Positions 36,167-44,046 of a stretch of DNA of 58,315 nt are shown here, in pieces (within the stretch, counting starts at the first letter, position 1; every line of letters starts with the position of its first letter). A model generated the notes under the pieces. That model saw only the letters and a list, made by a program, of their open reading frames with translations, made no database searches and was not told where the DNA came from. Source of the stretch: a virus; the IMG/VR virus record IMGVR_UViG_3300045988_153046. The stretch is one strand, 5' to 3'. Made by a program: the position numbers and the translations under genes.

Positions 36167-36913
36167 GTGGGAAAAATACAGATTAACAGGCGCAATAACT
36201 TCACTATGGTATCTAATCATGTGCTCAGAAATGAAAACCTCTCTCTTAAAGCTAAGGGGTTGTATGCTTATATGTGGAGTTTGCCTGATAGCTGGGATTA
36301 TTCTGTAGCGGGGCTCACTAAAGTACTCAAAGAGGGCAAAAGTGCTATAAATGAGGCTCTTAAGGAGCTGGAGCATGAGGGCTATTTAGTGCGTACTATT
36401 CTTAGAAAAGGGGGTAAGTTTAGTGATATGGATTACATACTGAATGAAACTCCCTCACCGTTTACCGATTTTCCGTCAGCGGAAAAACCGCAAGCGGAAA
36501 ATCAGCAACAAAGTAATACTATACAAACTAAAGAAGAAAAAACAAAAGATCCTTTTCTTTCAGAAAAGGGCAGAGCCTCAAAAAAGAGCTCTAGTTATGA
36601 TACTATCTTTAATGCTCCAGAGAATGAGTTTATCAGAGAGGCTTTAGTAAAGTGGGTGAAAGCTTGTAAAGGCAGAGGGGTAGGTTTTCAGTATAAAACG
36701 CTTGAGAGATGGGCTGGTATCCTTAGAGATAATACAGGAGAGAGCCCTGAGGTAGCTTTAGCTATTGTGGATCAGAGTATAGAGGCTGGGTGGAAAGATC
36801 TTTATCCACTCAAAAAGAAACAGGCTACTAAGCCTAGAGCGGTATATGAGCCCTTTGATCCAGAGAAAGATAAGCTTGTTACTGATGAGGAGGGCAAGCC
36901 TAAAGTATATTGA
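36167..36913 (+). CDS. Replication initiator/organiser (winged-helix N-domain, DnaD-like C-region)
   Basis: FTMVSNHVLRNENLSLKAKGLYAYMWSLPDSWDYS...LKELEHEGYLVR; GTG after GAGGAGG; upstream of the loader and helicase. Confidence 0.6.
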   Translation: MGKIQINRRNNFTMVSNHVLRNENLSLKAKGLYAYMWSLPDSWDYSVAGLTKVLKEGKSAINEALKELEHEGYLVRTILRKGGKFSDMDYILNETPSPFTDFPSAEKPQAENQQQSNTIQTKEEKTKDPFLSEKGRASKKSSSYDTIFNAPENEFIREALVKWVKACKGRGVGFQYKTLERWAGILRDNTGESPEVALAIVDQSIEAGWKDLYPLKKKQATKPRAVYEPFDPEKDKLVTDEEGKPKVY

Positions 36914-36917
36914 GTTG

Positions 36918-36949
36918 GAGGGGAGTTTTCTCTCCCCTCTAATTTTTTG
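36918..36949 (+). terminator. Rho-independent terminator
   Basis: GAGGGGAG / CTCCCCTC stem, then TAATTTTTT. Confidence 0.7.
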
Positions 36950-36968
36950 TTTGTAGCGTGATTAGGTT
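36938..36968 (+). promoter_or_regulatory. Bipartite motif copy 6
   Basis: TCTAATTT-N12-GTGATTAGGTT. Confidence 0.55.
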
Positions 36969-36996
36969 AGATAAGACTTGTGAGGAGGTAGTGGCT

Positions 36997-37656
36997 GTGA
37001 GATGCTATGCAGAAAGTTATTGCAAAAAAGATAAATCTGAATGTAGTGAGCTTTGCGGCGGTTATCGTGTACTAAGAGCTCTCTATAGGCTGAGTAGGAT
37101 ACCAGTACTCTATCAGTACAATATCCCTCTTACCCCTGAGGATGAGGATATTATAGCTTTTGAGGATCTGGATGCCTTTAAGGAAAATGTTGTACAGAAT
37201 GTAGCAGAGGGGAAAAACCTTTACATCTGGGGTAAGCATACTGGATGCGGTAAAACCTCATGGGCTTGTAAGATAATGGGCTTTTACTTTAGGAGCATAG
37301 CCTTTGAGAGCGGGTTAGAAAATGAGGGGCTATATATTTACCTCCCTACTTTTCTTGAGGATTTAAGAAATTCTTATGGTGCTCCAGATGAGGATTTTGC
37401 TGAGGTACTGGATATGGTGAAAAAGTGTAAGCTCTTGATAATTGATGATATTGGGGCAGAGAAAGTAACTGAGTGGGTTAGAGAGCGGCTTGTTAGTATT
37501 ATCAATACCAGAGTAAGCAGTGGGCTTAGCACTATTTATACCAGTAATCTCTCCCCTGATGAGCTGGTAGAACAATTTGAGGAGCGGGTAGGCAGTAGAG
37601 TAATAGGATGCTCTCAAATTGTAAAAATCTCTGGTAAGGATCGGAGGGGCAGATAA
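36997..37656 (+). CDS. DnaC/IstB-like AAA+ helicase loader
   Basis: Walker A GKHTGCGKTS, Walker B LLIIDDIG. GTG 36997 lies 8 nt after GAGGAGG. The track start 36958 is the motif GTG. Confidence 0.75.
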   Translation: MRCYAESYCKKDKSECSELCGGYRVLRALYRLSRIPVLYQYNIPLTPEDEDIIAFEDLDAFKENVVQNVAEGKNLYIWGKHTGCGKTSWACKIMGFYFRSIAFESGLENEGLYIYLPTFLEDLRNSYGAPDEDFAEVLDMVKKCKLLIIDDIGAEKVTEWVRERLVSIINTRVSSGLSTIYTSNLSPDELVEQFEERVGSRVIGCSQIVKISGKDRRGR

Positions 37657-38984
37657 TGGCGGCGGGAATGATAGAACAAAGTATTATCAGTAAGCTTTTA
37701 GATGGTGGTAGCTTAGATGAGCTCCATGCTAGTAATGTTACCTCTGAGATGTTTCTAACCTGTAAGGATGAGATCTCTTTTATTTTGAGGCACACTGAGC
37801 AATATAAGCAGTTGCCAGATAAGCTCACATTTCTCTCAGAGTTTTCAGAGTTTCAAATGCTGGATGTATCTGAAAACATGGATTACCTGATTTACAAATT
37901 AAAGGAGGCATACACCTATACTAAGCTTGTGCCTATTATCCAGAGTGCCGCTGATAAGGTGAGAGAGGATAGTATTGAGGCTATTGATTTTCTTAAAGAG
38001 GCTCTGGGAGAGCTGGAGAGGGCTGTGCCTGTTAGCGGTAATAAAGATGGTTATGATATTATCTCTCAGGCTAGAGATCGGTGGACTGAGTATAAAAAGC
38101 GGTGTGAGGTAAAGGGGCTTATAGGTATTCCTACTGGTATCCCTAAGCTGGATGAGCTTACTAATGGCTGGCTCTGGGGAGAGGAGCTTGTAGTAATTAC
38201 AGGGCGTACAAATGTGGGTAAAAGTTGGATGGCTGAGTATTTTGCTACAGTGGCTTTTAATCTGGGGCATAAGATTTTGTTTTATTCTGGTGAGATGAGT
38301 AAAGAGATCATAGGCTTTAGATTTGATACGCTCAACAAGCACTTTAGCAATAGTGGGCTCTTAAATGGTGCTGGTACTTTGGGTAAAAAGCCTGATACTG
38401 ATGGTGGTAGCTATCTGGCTGAGGATTATGAGAGTTATATCAATCAGCTCTCACAGAAAAGCGGCTTTGTAGTAGTTACTCCAGATGATTTTAACGGCAG
38501 AAAGCCTAATGTGCAGGAGATTAAAGATCTTGCTATCAAGCATGGGGTGGATATGATTGTGGTGGATCAGCTCTCTCTTATGGCAGACAAGAGGAAAGCA
38601 GATATACCTAGATTGGCTTATGGTAACATTGCAGAGGATCTCTTTTTGATGAGCAAAGAGCTTAAAAAGCCAGTACTTCTTTTAGCTCAGGCTAATAGAG
38701 AGGCTGTGAAAAACCGTAAAAAGGGAGAGAGCCCTGAGCTACATGATTTGGCAGAGAGTGATCTGGTAGGGCAAAACTCAAGTAGAGTATTATCCCTCTC
38801 TGTGATTGATGGCACTCTTAAGATAGCTCTCAAGAAAAATAGGTATGGTGTGAATAACAGAGAGGTACTTATGATCTGGGATATTAACACTGGGTATCTT
38901 GAGCCTCTTGTTAGGGATAATCCAGAGGAAAAGACAGGGGATGAAAAGCCTGAGAGTAAGGAGAAAAAAGATTATGGATTTTAA
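37656..38984 (+). CDS. DnaB-like replicative helicase
   Basis: GRTNVGKSW Walker A, IVVDQLSLM Walker B, 442 aa. Confidence 0.88.
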   Translation: MAAGMIEQSIISKLLDGGSLDELHASNVTSEMFLTCKDEISFILRHTEQYKQLPDKLTFLSEFSEFQMLDVSENMDYLIYKLKEAYTYTKLVPIIQSAADKVREDSIEAIDFLKEALGELERAVPVSGNKDGYDIISQARDRWTEYKKRCEVKGLIGIPTGIPKLDELTNGWLWGEELVVITGRTNVGKSWMAEYFATVAFNLGHKILFYSGEMSKEIIGFRFDTLNKHFSNSGLLNGAGTLGKKPDTDGGSYLAEDYESYINQLSQKSGFVVVTPDDFNGRKPNVQEIKDLAIKHGVDMIVVDQLSLMADKRKADIPRLAYGNIAEDLFLMSKELKKPVLLLAQANREAVKNRKKGESPELHDLAESDLVGQNSSRVLSLSVIDGTLKIALKKNRYGVNNREVLMIWDINTGYLEPLVRDNPEEKTGDEKPESKEKKDYGF

Positions 38985-39174
38985 GCGTGATGAGAAAGTG
39001 CCTAAAGGTAGGTTAATACCTATGTATTTATCAGATGATGGGGATTTGTATAGCCTGAGATTTAAGGATCAGGATCAGCTTGAGGAGATAAGTACTATGA
39101 TGGGCATATTTCTGAGTGGGGTAATCGGTAGCCCTTTAGTACTGGATGGAGAGCCTCTGAATGAGGATTTTTAG
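38974..39174 (+). CDS. Hypothetical protein
   Basis: ATG after AAGGAG. Confidence 0.4.
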   Translation: MDFKRDEKVPKGRLIPMYLSDDGDLYSLRFKDQDQLEEISTMMGIFLSGVIGSPLVLDGEPLNEDF

Positions 39175-39235
39175 AGAGAAATACAAGGTAGTAGATAAGA
39201 CAGAGAAAGAAAAACTAAAAAAGTTTGAGCGGGTA

Positions 39236-39266
39236 TCTAAAAGTAGCCTCTTTTCCTGATTAGATT
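39236..39266 (+). promoter_or_regulatory. Bipartite motif copy 7
   Basis: TCTAAAAG-N12-CTGATTAGATT; the spacer forms a 13-bp stem with the RBS region. Confidence 0.6.
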
Positions 39267-39294
39267 TGAGTATCACAGGAAAGGAGGCTTTTTA

Positions 39295-39783
39295 ATGAGC
39301 ACATTGAGTAGTAAAGCGGTAGCTGAAATGTTAGGTAAGCGGCATGATAACTTTATGAGAAATCTGAGGAGTTATGCGGCTACGCTTGGAGAGAGTGCGT
39401 CTGAGTATCTTATTGAGAGTACCTACAAAGACGGAAAAGGAAAGGTAAGAGCTGGGTATGAGATTACCCTTAAAGGCTGTGATTTGATTGCTGGTAGGAT
39501 TATTGGGGCTAAGAGTGATGAATTTAGAGAAAAGTATAAGCCCTTATTTTCTGAGGGTGAGGGCTCTGAGCCTGTAAAAGAGCGTTGTACCCCTCAGGAG
39601 GTGCATGGTTATACTACTGAGGAGGCGGCTAAGGTATTGGGCTGTAGCCGCCGTACTGTACAGAGAATGATCCAGCGGGGGGAGTTGGCTACTCAAGAGG
39701 TTACTGTGTTAGTGCCTACGGTTAAAACTCTTATAATCCCTGAGGAGTTGGATAGATACCAGAAAGAGAGGGCGGCTGTATGA
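39295..39783 (+). CDS. Rha-like regulatory protein with a C-terminal excisionase-type HTH
   Basis: N-terminus SSKAVAEMLGKRHDNFMRNL; C-terminus YTTEEAAKVLGCSRRTVQRMIQRGEL. Confidence 0.6.
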   Translation: MSTLSSKAVAEMLGKRHDNFMRNLRSYAATLGESASEYLIESTYKDGKGKVRAGYEITLKGCDLIAGRIIGAKSDEFREKYKPLFSEGEGSEPVKERCTPQEVHGYTTEEAAKVLGCSRRTVQRMIQRGELATQEVTVLVPTVKTLIIPEELDRYQKERAAV

Positions 39784-40037
39784 ATTTCTTTGAGATGAAA
39801 TGGCGGCTCTCAGCTTGTAGGGTACAGGCTGGATACACACAGAAAGAGGCGGCTAAGGAGATCGGTGTATCTGAACAAACAGTGATTAGATGGGAACAGG
39901 GTGCATCAGCTCCAAACATGGAGAAAGCTCGAAAGCTAAGTGAGTTGTACCAGATCCCTCTTGCTTACATGGATTGGAGCATGGAGGGTAATGCAAAACC
40001 GCTTAGAGAGCGTGAGATGGGAGGTATTGATGCATGA
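39780..40037 (+). CDS. XRE-family HTH protein
   Basis: AGYTQKEAAKEIGVSEQTVIRWEQG. Confidence 0.75.
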   Translation: MNFFEMKWRLSACRVQAGYTQKEAAKEIGVSEQTVIRWEQGASAPNMEKARKLSELYQIPLAYMDWSMEGNAKPLREREMGGIDA

Positions 40038-40387
40038 ATGAGAAAGTTACTCCTTTCAAAGAGGGTTTTGCTAGAAATTTGCATAGGGCGGTTTGTAACA
40101 AGGGAATTAAGCAAGTAGAGCTTGCAAATGCAGTACACCTACCTCCGACTACAGTAAATGGGTGGTTTAGAGGGGCTCACTATCCAGATTTAGAACAGCT
40201 TTTAGAGTTGTGTAACTATCTAAAAGTTTCTGTGGGAGAGCTGTTAGGGGAGCCTCAGTGTATAGAAAAGGATGTATCTCAAAGAGGGGCATTTATTGTT
40301 AGTGATCCATATTTGGAGACTTGTAATGTTTTGGATTTGGATATGGTGAAAAAGTGCGGAGCTAAGCGAGTAGTGATCGAATTTTGA
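40034..40387 (+). CDS. XRE-family HTH protein
   Basis: KGIKQVELANAVHLPPTTVNGWFRG. Confidence 0.7.
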   Translation: MNEKVTPFKEGFARNLHRAVCNKGIKQVELANAVHLPPTTVNGWFRGAHYPDLEQLLELCNYLKVSVGELLGEPQCIEKDVSQRGAFIVSDPYLETCNVLDLDMVKKCGAKRVVIEF

Positions 40388-40430
40388 TATAAAAAAAGAG
40401 AGGAGGCTTACTCCTCCCCTCTCTTGCTAA

Positions 40431-40829
40431 TTACTTAGCGATCTTGATAGCTATGGTTGCTAACAGGTGCTTGTCCTCCTCTGAAAGCTTGAGATAAAGC
40501 CTAAGGAATTGCACTAGCTCACTATCTGTACCTAACCTCTGCTGTAGCTCTGAGAGCTCTTTGTTGGGGAGGCTCTCAGGAGAGAAGTTAAAGAAGTGTT
40601 CTATGGGAGCATTAAGGTAAGTAGCTAGCCGCTGTAATCGCTCCATATCAGGGAGATGCCTACCAGTATTCCATGCTGAGATGGTAGTAGGTGGTATCTC
40701 AAGAGCATCAGCAATATCTTTATTGCTTTTTTTCCTTAGGGCTTTGTAGTAAGCCATTGCCCTAGAAAAGCTCTCATTGAGGGGGGATTTGTTAGACACG
40801 TTTTCACCTCCTCTCTTTGAGGCATACAA
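40431..40829 (-). CDS. XRE/CI-like repressor (only credible minus-strand gene)
   Basis: KKSNKDIADALEIPPTTISAWNTGRHLPDMERLQRLATYL; GGAGG RBS on the minus strand; divergent from a consensus promoter. Confidence 0.8.
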   Translation of the reverse strand: MYASKRGGENVSNKSPLNESFSRAMAYYKALRKKSNKDIADALEIPPTTISAWNTGRHLPDMERLQRLATYLNAPIEHFFNFSPESLPNKELSELQQRLGTDSELVQFLRLYLKLSEEDKHLLATIAIKIAK

Positions 40830-40901
40830 GTATTATACAGTTAAACAAGCGTTTTGTAAAGTCCGAACATCAAAAAAGTTAGTTAAACTGTATTTATGCT
40901 A

Positions 40902-40930
40902 TTGACAGGCGGTTAAGCGAGTGATATAAT
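40902..40930 (+). promoter_or_regulatory. Consensus sigma-A promoter (early rightward)
   Basis: TTGACA-N17-TATAAT with a TG extended -10. Confidence 0.8.
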
Positions 40931-40988
40931 GTTTGACAAGTGGAAAAGCTTTATAGTGGGGATGCTTTGTTTTTTTTTGCGCCTATTG

Positions 40989-41007
40989 AAACTTGTTAAA
41001 CAAGTTT
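40989..41007. promoter_or_regulatory. 19-bp perfect palindrome (candidate operator)
   Basis: AAACTTGTT-A-AACAAGTTT; the GTTAAACAAG half-site recurs at 40840 and, degenerate, at 40882. Confidence 0.55.
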
Positions 41008-41044
41008 TTTGGGATAAACATTACATTATAGGAGGTAAAGGAAA

Positions 41045-41428
41045 ATGGATCTTAAGGAATTGTATCAAGCCTACAAGGTCAAAAAGCTTGCTTTTGAGGC
41101 GGCTAAGAAAGATGAGGAGAAGTTCAAAAAGCTCCTCAAGGATGCTATGGAGGAGGCTGGAGAAAAAGCCTTTACAGATGATGAGGGCTATCTGTTTGAG
41201 CGTATCCCCTCAGAGCGCAAGAGCATTGATGAGGAAAAGCTTTTAGCTGAGCTCCATGAGAGAAAGCTGGAGGATTGTATCAGCTTTAAGGAGGTAGTGG
41301 ATGAGGATGCCACTATGGAGGCGGTAGAGGCTGGTAGGTTGCCTCAAGAGGTGCTCAGTGATTGCCTCAAGACTACACCTATTGTAACTCTCAAGCTTAC
41401 AGCTCCTAAGCGGGGCTCTAAAAAGTGA
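41045..41428 (+). CDS. Hypothetical coiled-coil protein (first early gene)
   Basis: ATG after AGGAGG. Confidence 0.55.
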   Translation: MDLKELYQAYKVKKLAFEAAKKDEEKFKKLLKDAMEEAGEKAFTDDEGYLFERIPSERKSIDEEKLLAELHERKLEDCISFKEVVDEDATMEAVEAGRLPQEVLSDCLKTTPIVTLKLTAPKRGSKK

Positions 41429-42450
41429 TTACTGTATGGAGTACCCCTCTGATAGCTAGTGTGGAACAGGTAGTTAGTGATCTCAAGTTGGAACGCTTTG
41501 AGGAGGGGCTACTCAGAGAAATCAACAATACAGGATCGGATCTTATGTGTACTTGCCCTTTTCACAAAGGCGGCAGGGAAAATAAGCCATCTTGCGGAGT
41601 GCTTCTGAGAGAAAAGCTGGTTAAGGAGCGCAAGTATGAGGCGGGTACTGTGCATTGCTACACTTGCGGCTATACAGCGGATTTGCCTCAGTTTGTGGCG
41701 GATTTTCTAGGGCTCACCTCTCCAGTACAGGGCTTTAAGTGGCTGGTAGCTAGGTATAACTACAATTCCTCAAGTAGAGAGCCCATAGAGCTAAATCTGT
41801 ACAGAGGACAAGCTCCACAAGCCTCTTACATGGATGAGGCTGAGGTAGAGAGGTTTTATCAGGAGCTCCTAAAGAGTAAGGCGGCGTGTGAGTATCTACA
41901 CAAAAGAGCCTTATCTGATTGGCTGATAGATGCTTTTAAGCTGGGGTTTGATCCTGAGGATGGGGTTGTCTTATTCCCTGTCAGGGATATGAGCGGGAAA
42001 GTGGTTTTTTATAAAGGCAGGAGCCTCAAAGGAAAGCATTTCTATAACGCTAAGGACATTGATAAAACCTCTCAGATTTTCGGTTTGTATGAGCTTTGTA
42101 ATGGGCGGTTTCCTTATGGGGCGGCTACTCCTGAGGATGAGATCTGGATTGCAGAGAGTGAGATTGATGCTCTGAGCCTGATGGAGTATGGCAAGTATGC
42201 CGTAGCTATCATGGGATCTCATATCTCAGAGGCTCAGTGTAAAGAGCTGGAGAGTACCCCTTTTAGGCGGTTTGTACTGGCTCTTGATAATGATGAGGCT
42301 GGGAGAAAGGGAGCGGCTCAGATAAAGCGGCTCTTGATACCAAAGGGCTTTAGGTTTACTAATCTCCGCTGGGATACGGATCTTAAGGATATTAACGATT
42401 TGGTAACGCATTACAGAGGTAGCTGGATGGACTACCTCACAGGATATTAA
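41425..42450 (+). CDS. DNA primase (CHC2 zinc finger + TOPRIM)
   Basis: CTCPFHKGGRENKPSC...HCYTCGY; TOPRIM IAESEIDALSL...LALDNDEAGRKG. Confidence 0.9.
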   Translation: MITVWSTPLIASVEQVVSDLKLERFEEGLLREINNTGSDLMCTCPFHKGGRENKPSCGVLLREKLVKERKYEAGTVHCYTCGYTADLPQFVADFLGLTSPVQGFKWLVARYNYNSSSREPIELNLYRGQAPQASYMDEAEVERFYQELLKSKAACEYLHKRALSDWLIDAFKLGFDPEDGVVLFPVRDMSGKVVFYKGRSLKGKHFYNAKDIDKTSQIFGLYELCNGRFPYGAATPEDEIWIAESEIDALSLMEYGKYAVAIMGSHISEAQCKELESTPFRRFVLALDNDEAGRKGAAQIKRLLIPKGFRFTNLRWDTDLKDINDLVTHYRGSWMDYLTGY

Positions 42451-42463
42451 AGGAGGATGCAGG

Positions 42464-43060
42464 ATGAACACAGGAAAAAGGACAAATGAGGAATTGGTAA
42501 TAGTTTATAGGATTACCAGAGATGAGAGTTATTTAGCAGAGCTCATAAAGCAGAACAGGGGGCTCTTGTATATGATTGTTGAGCCGTTTGTACATAGTAT
42601 CCCTAATGCAGAGCTTGAGGATCTTACCAGTGAGGCTTATATCCCCATGCTGAGGGCTATTGAGGATTTTGATGAGGCTAGGGGGCTTACCTTTGCTAAT
42701 CTGCTTAAGGTGTATGTGCGCCAGCATTTGAGCCGCCTTTACAATGAGGCTACACGCCAGAAACGCTATAACGGATCTACCAGTGTTGGCTATGAAAGCC
42801 TTACAGAGATCAATAGAGAGGGTGGATCTGAGGGAGACAGCTATTTTACTGTAGATTGTGAGGATTTTAACTCTGTAGAGTTTATGCAGTTTATCAATTC
42901 CTTAGAGCTGAATGAGAAAGAGACGGTAGCTGTAAATGTACTCATGGCTGGAGGTACTAAGGGTGAGGTGGCAAAAGCTCTTAAGTGTACTCCAGCTACG
43001 GCAAATTATTATTTCAAACAGATTAGGAGAAAGTTTGTTTTGGCGGGTTATGCGCTCTAA
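42464..43060 (+). CDS. Phage-encoded sigma-70-family factor (regions 2 and 4)
   Basis: Region-2-like DLTSEAYIPMLRAIEDFDEARGLTFANLLKVYVRQHL; region-4 HTH GTKGEVAKALKCTPATANYYFKQIRRKF. Confidence 0.75.
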   Translation: MNTGKRTNEELVIVYRITRDESYLAELIKQNRGLLYMIVEPFVHSIPNAELEDLTSEAYIPMLRAIEDFDEARGLTFANLLKVYVRQHLSRLYNEATRQKRYNGSTSVGYESLTEINREGGSEGDSYFTVDCEDFNSVEFMQFINSLELNEKETVAVNVLMAGGTKGEVAKALKCTPATANYYFKQIRRKFVLAGYAL

Positions 43061-43086
43061 AAAATGCCCTACTTTCTGATTAAGTT
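43056..43086 (+). promoter_or_regulatory. Bipartite motif copy 8 (overlaps the sigma gene stop codon)
   Basis: TCTAAAAA-N12-CTGATTAAGTT. Confidence 0.55.
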
Positions 43087-43138
43087 AATTGTAAGAAATC
43101 AGAGGATAGAAGATTAAGAAAGTGAGGCGGTGTATGGG

Positions 43139-43300
43139 ATGAGAGTTATTAACACGCTTTTAGCGATTGTAAGCGGCAGAGCTATTGTACTGGTAAGGCG
43201 TGATGAGCATAAAGCTGATGTGCTGATGGGTAGAGATGTATCTAGGCAATTCGCTATTAGCAGTATGGTAGGGGCTGTAAAATCTTTGATGCAAGCATAA
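43139..43300 (+). CDS. Small hypothetical protein (53 aa)
   Basis: Hand-read ORF with a weak RBS (GTGAGG); fills an otherwise empty 270-nt gap. Confidence 0.35.
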   Translation: MRVINTLLAIVSGRAIVLVRRDEHKADVLMGRDVSRQFAISSMVGAVKSLMQA

Positions 43301-43329
43301 AACAATGTTTAGCAGGAGGTATAAAGGAT

Positions 43330-43980
43330 ATGAGTTTGCAGGATTTGATTAAAAAATATGATAACGGCGGTTTTTCTAAAACAGGCTGGTTTCAGCTTAA
43401 GGATGATGGAGATAGTGCTCAAGTACGCCTCCTCCATAAAGGGGAGATTGGCACAGATCCCACTACTGGAGAGCCTGAGTATGATTTTCCTATCTATGAG
43501 GTGCATAAGCTTGATGTTGATGGCTCTGGGAGAGATCGCACTGTACTTTGTAAGGGTGAGAGCTGTGAGCTGTGCAGAGCGGGTAATAAGCCTAGCTTGA
43601 GAATGTTTATCCAGTTGGTTAATCTGGATGAAAAGGATAAGGAAAAACAGGTACAGCTCTGGGAGCGTGGGCTTACCGACATTAAGCAGATGATCGGTCT
43701 TACCTCTGAGTATGGGGATCTTACTAAGCGTAATATTAAGATTGTAAGATCTGGCTCTAAGGGCTCTTTGAAAACTACCTATCAATATTTCCCTAAAGAT
43801 CCCTCTGAGATGGAAGTACCAGAGGCTCAAAAGCTGGTAGGCTCTCTCATTCTGGATTTGGATAAAGAGGATCAGATTAAGGCTATTGAGGGTAGGCTAC
43901 AGCTTAGCAAGGGCGGTAACAATGCTGATAATGAGGGCTCTAGCAGGGGCGGTAGATCGGCGGCAAACAGAGTATTTTAA
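43330..43980 (+). CDS. Putative single-stranded DNA-binding protein (gp32-like)
   Basis: H-x15-C-x4-C-x2-C (HKLDV...CKGESCELC) resembles the gp32 zinc site; Gly/Ser/Arg tail ending in F; located upstream of the polymerase. Confidence 0.45.
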   Translation: MSLQDLIKKYDNGGFSKTGWFQLKDDGDSAQVRLLHKGEIGTDPTTGEPEYDFPIYEVHKLDVDGSGRDRTVLCKGESCELCRAGNKPSLRMFIQLVNLDEKDKEKQVQLWERGLTDIKQMIGLTSEYGDLTKRNIKIVRSGSKGSLKTTYQYFPKDPSEMEVPEAQKLVGSLILDLDKEDQIKAIEGRLQLSKGGNNADNEGSSRGGRSAANRVF

Positions 43981-44046
43981 CAGGTAGTACAGGATGGTAG
44001 GGAGGTTAGAGATAGCCTCCCTACTGCTATAAAGGAGGTAAATTCT

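Noticed and set aside
40929-41246. 105-aa basic ORF starting inside the early promoter
   Set aside because: It starts within the -10 box, has no RBS and overlaps out of frame the RBS-preceded gene 41045..41428.
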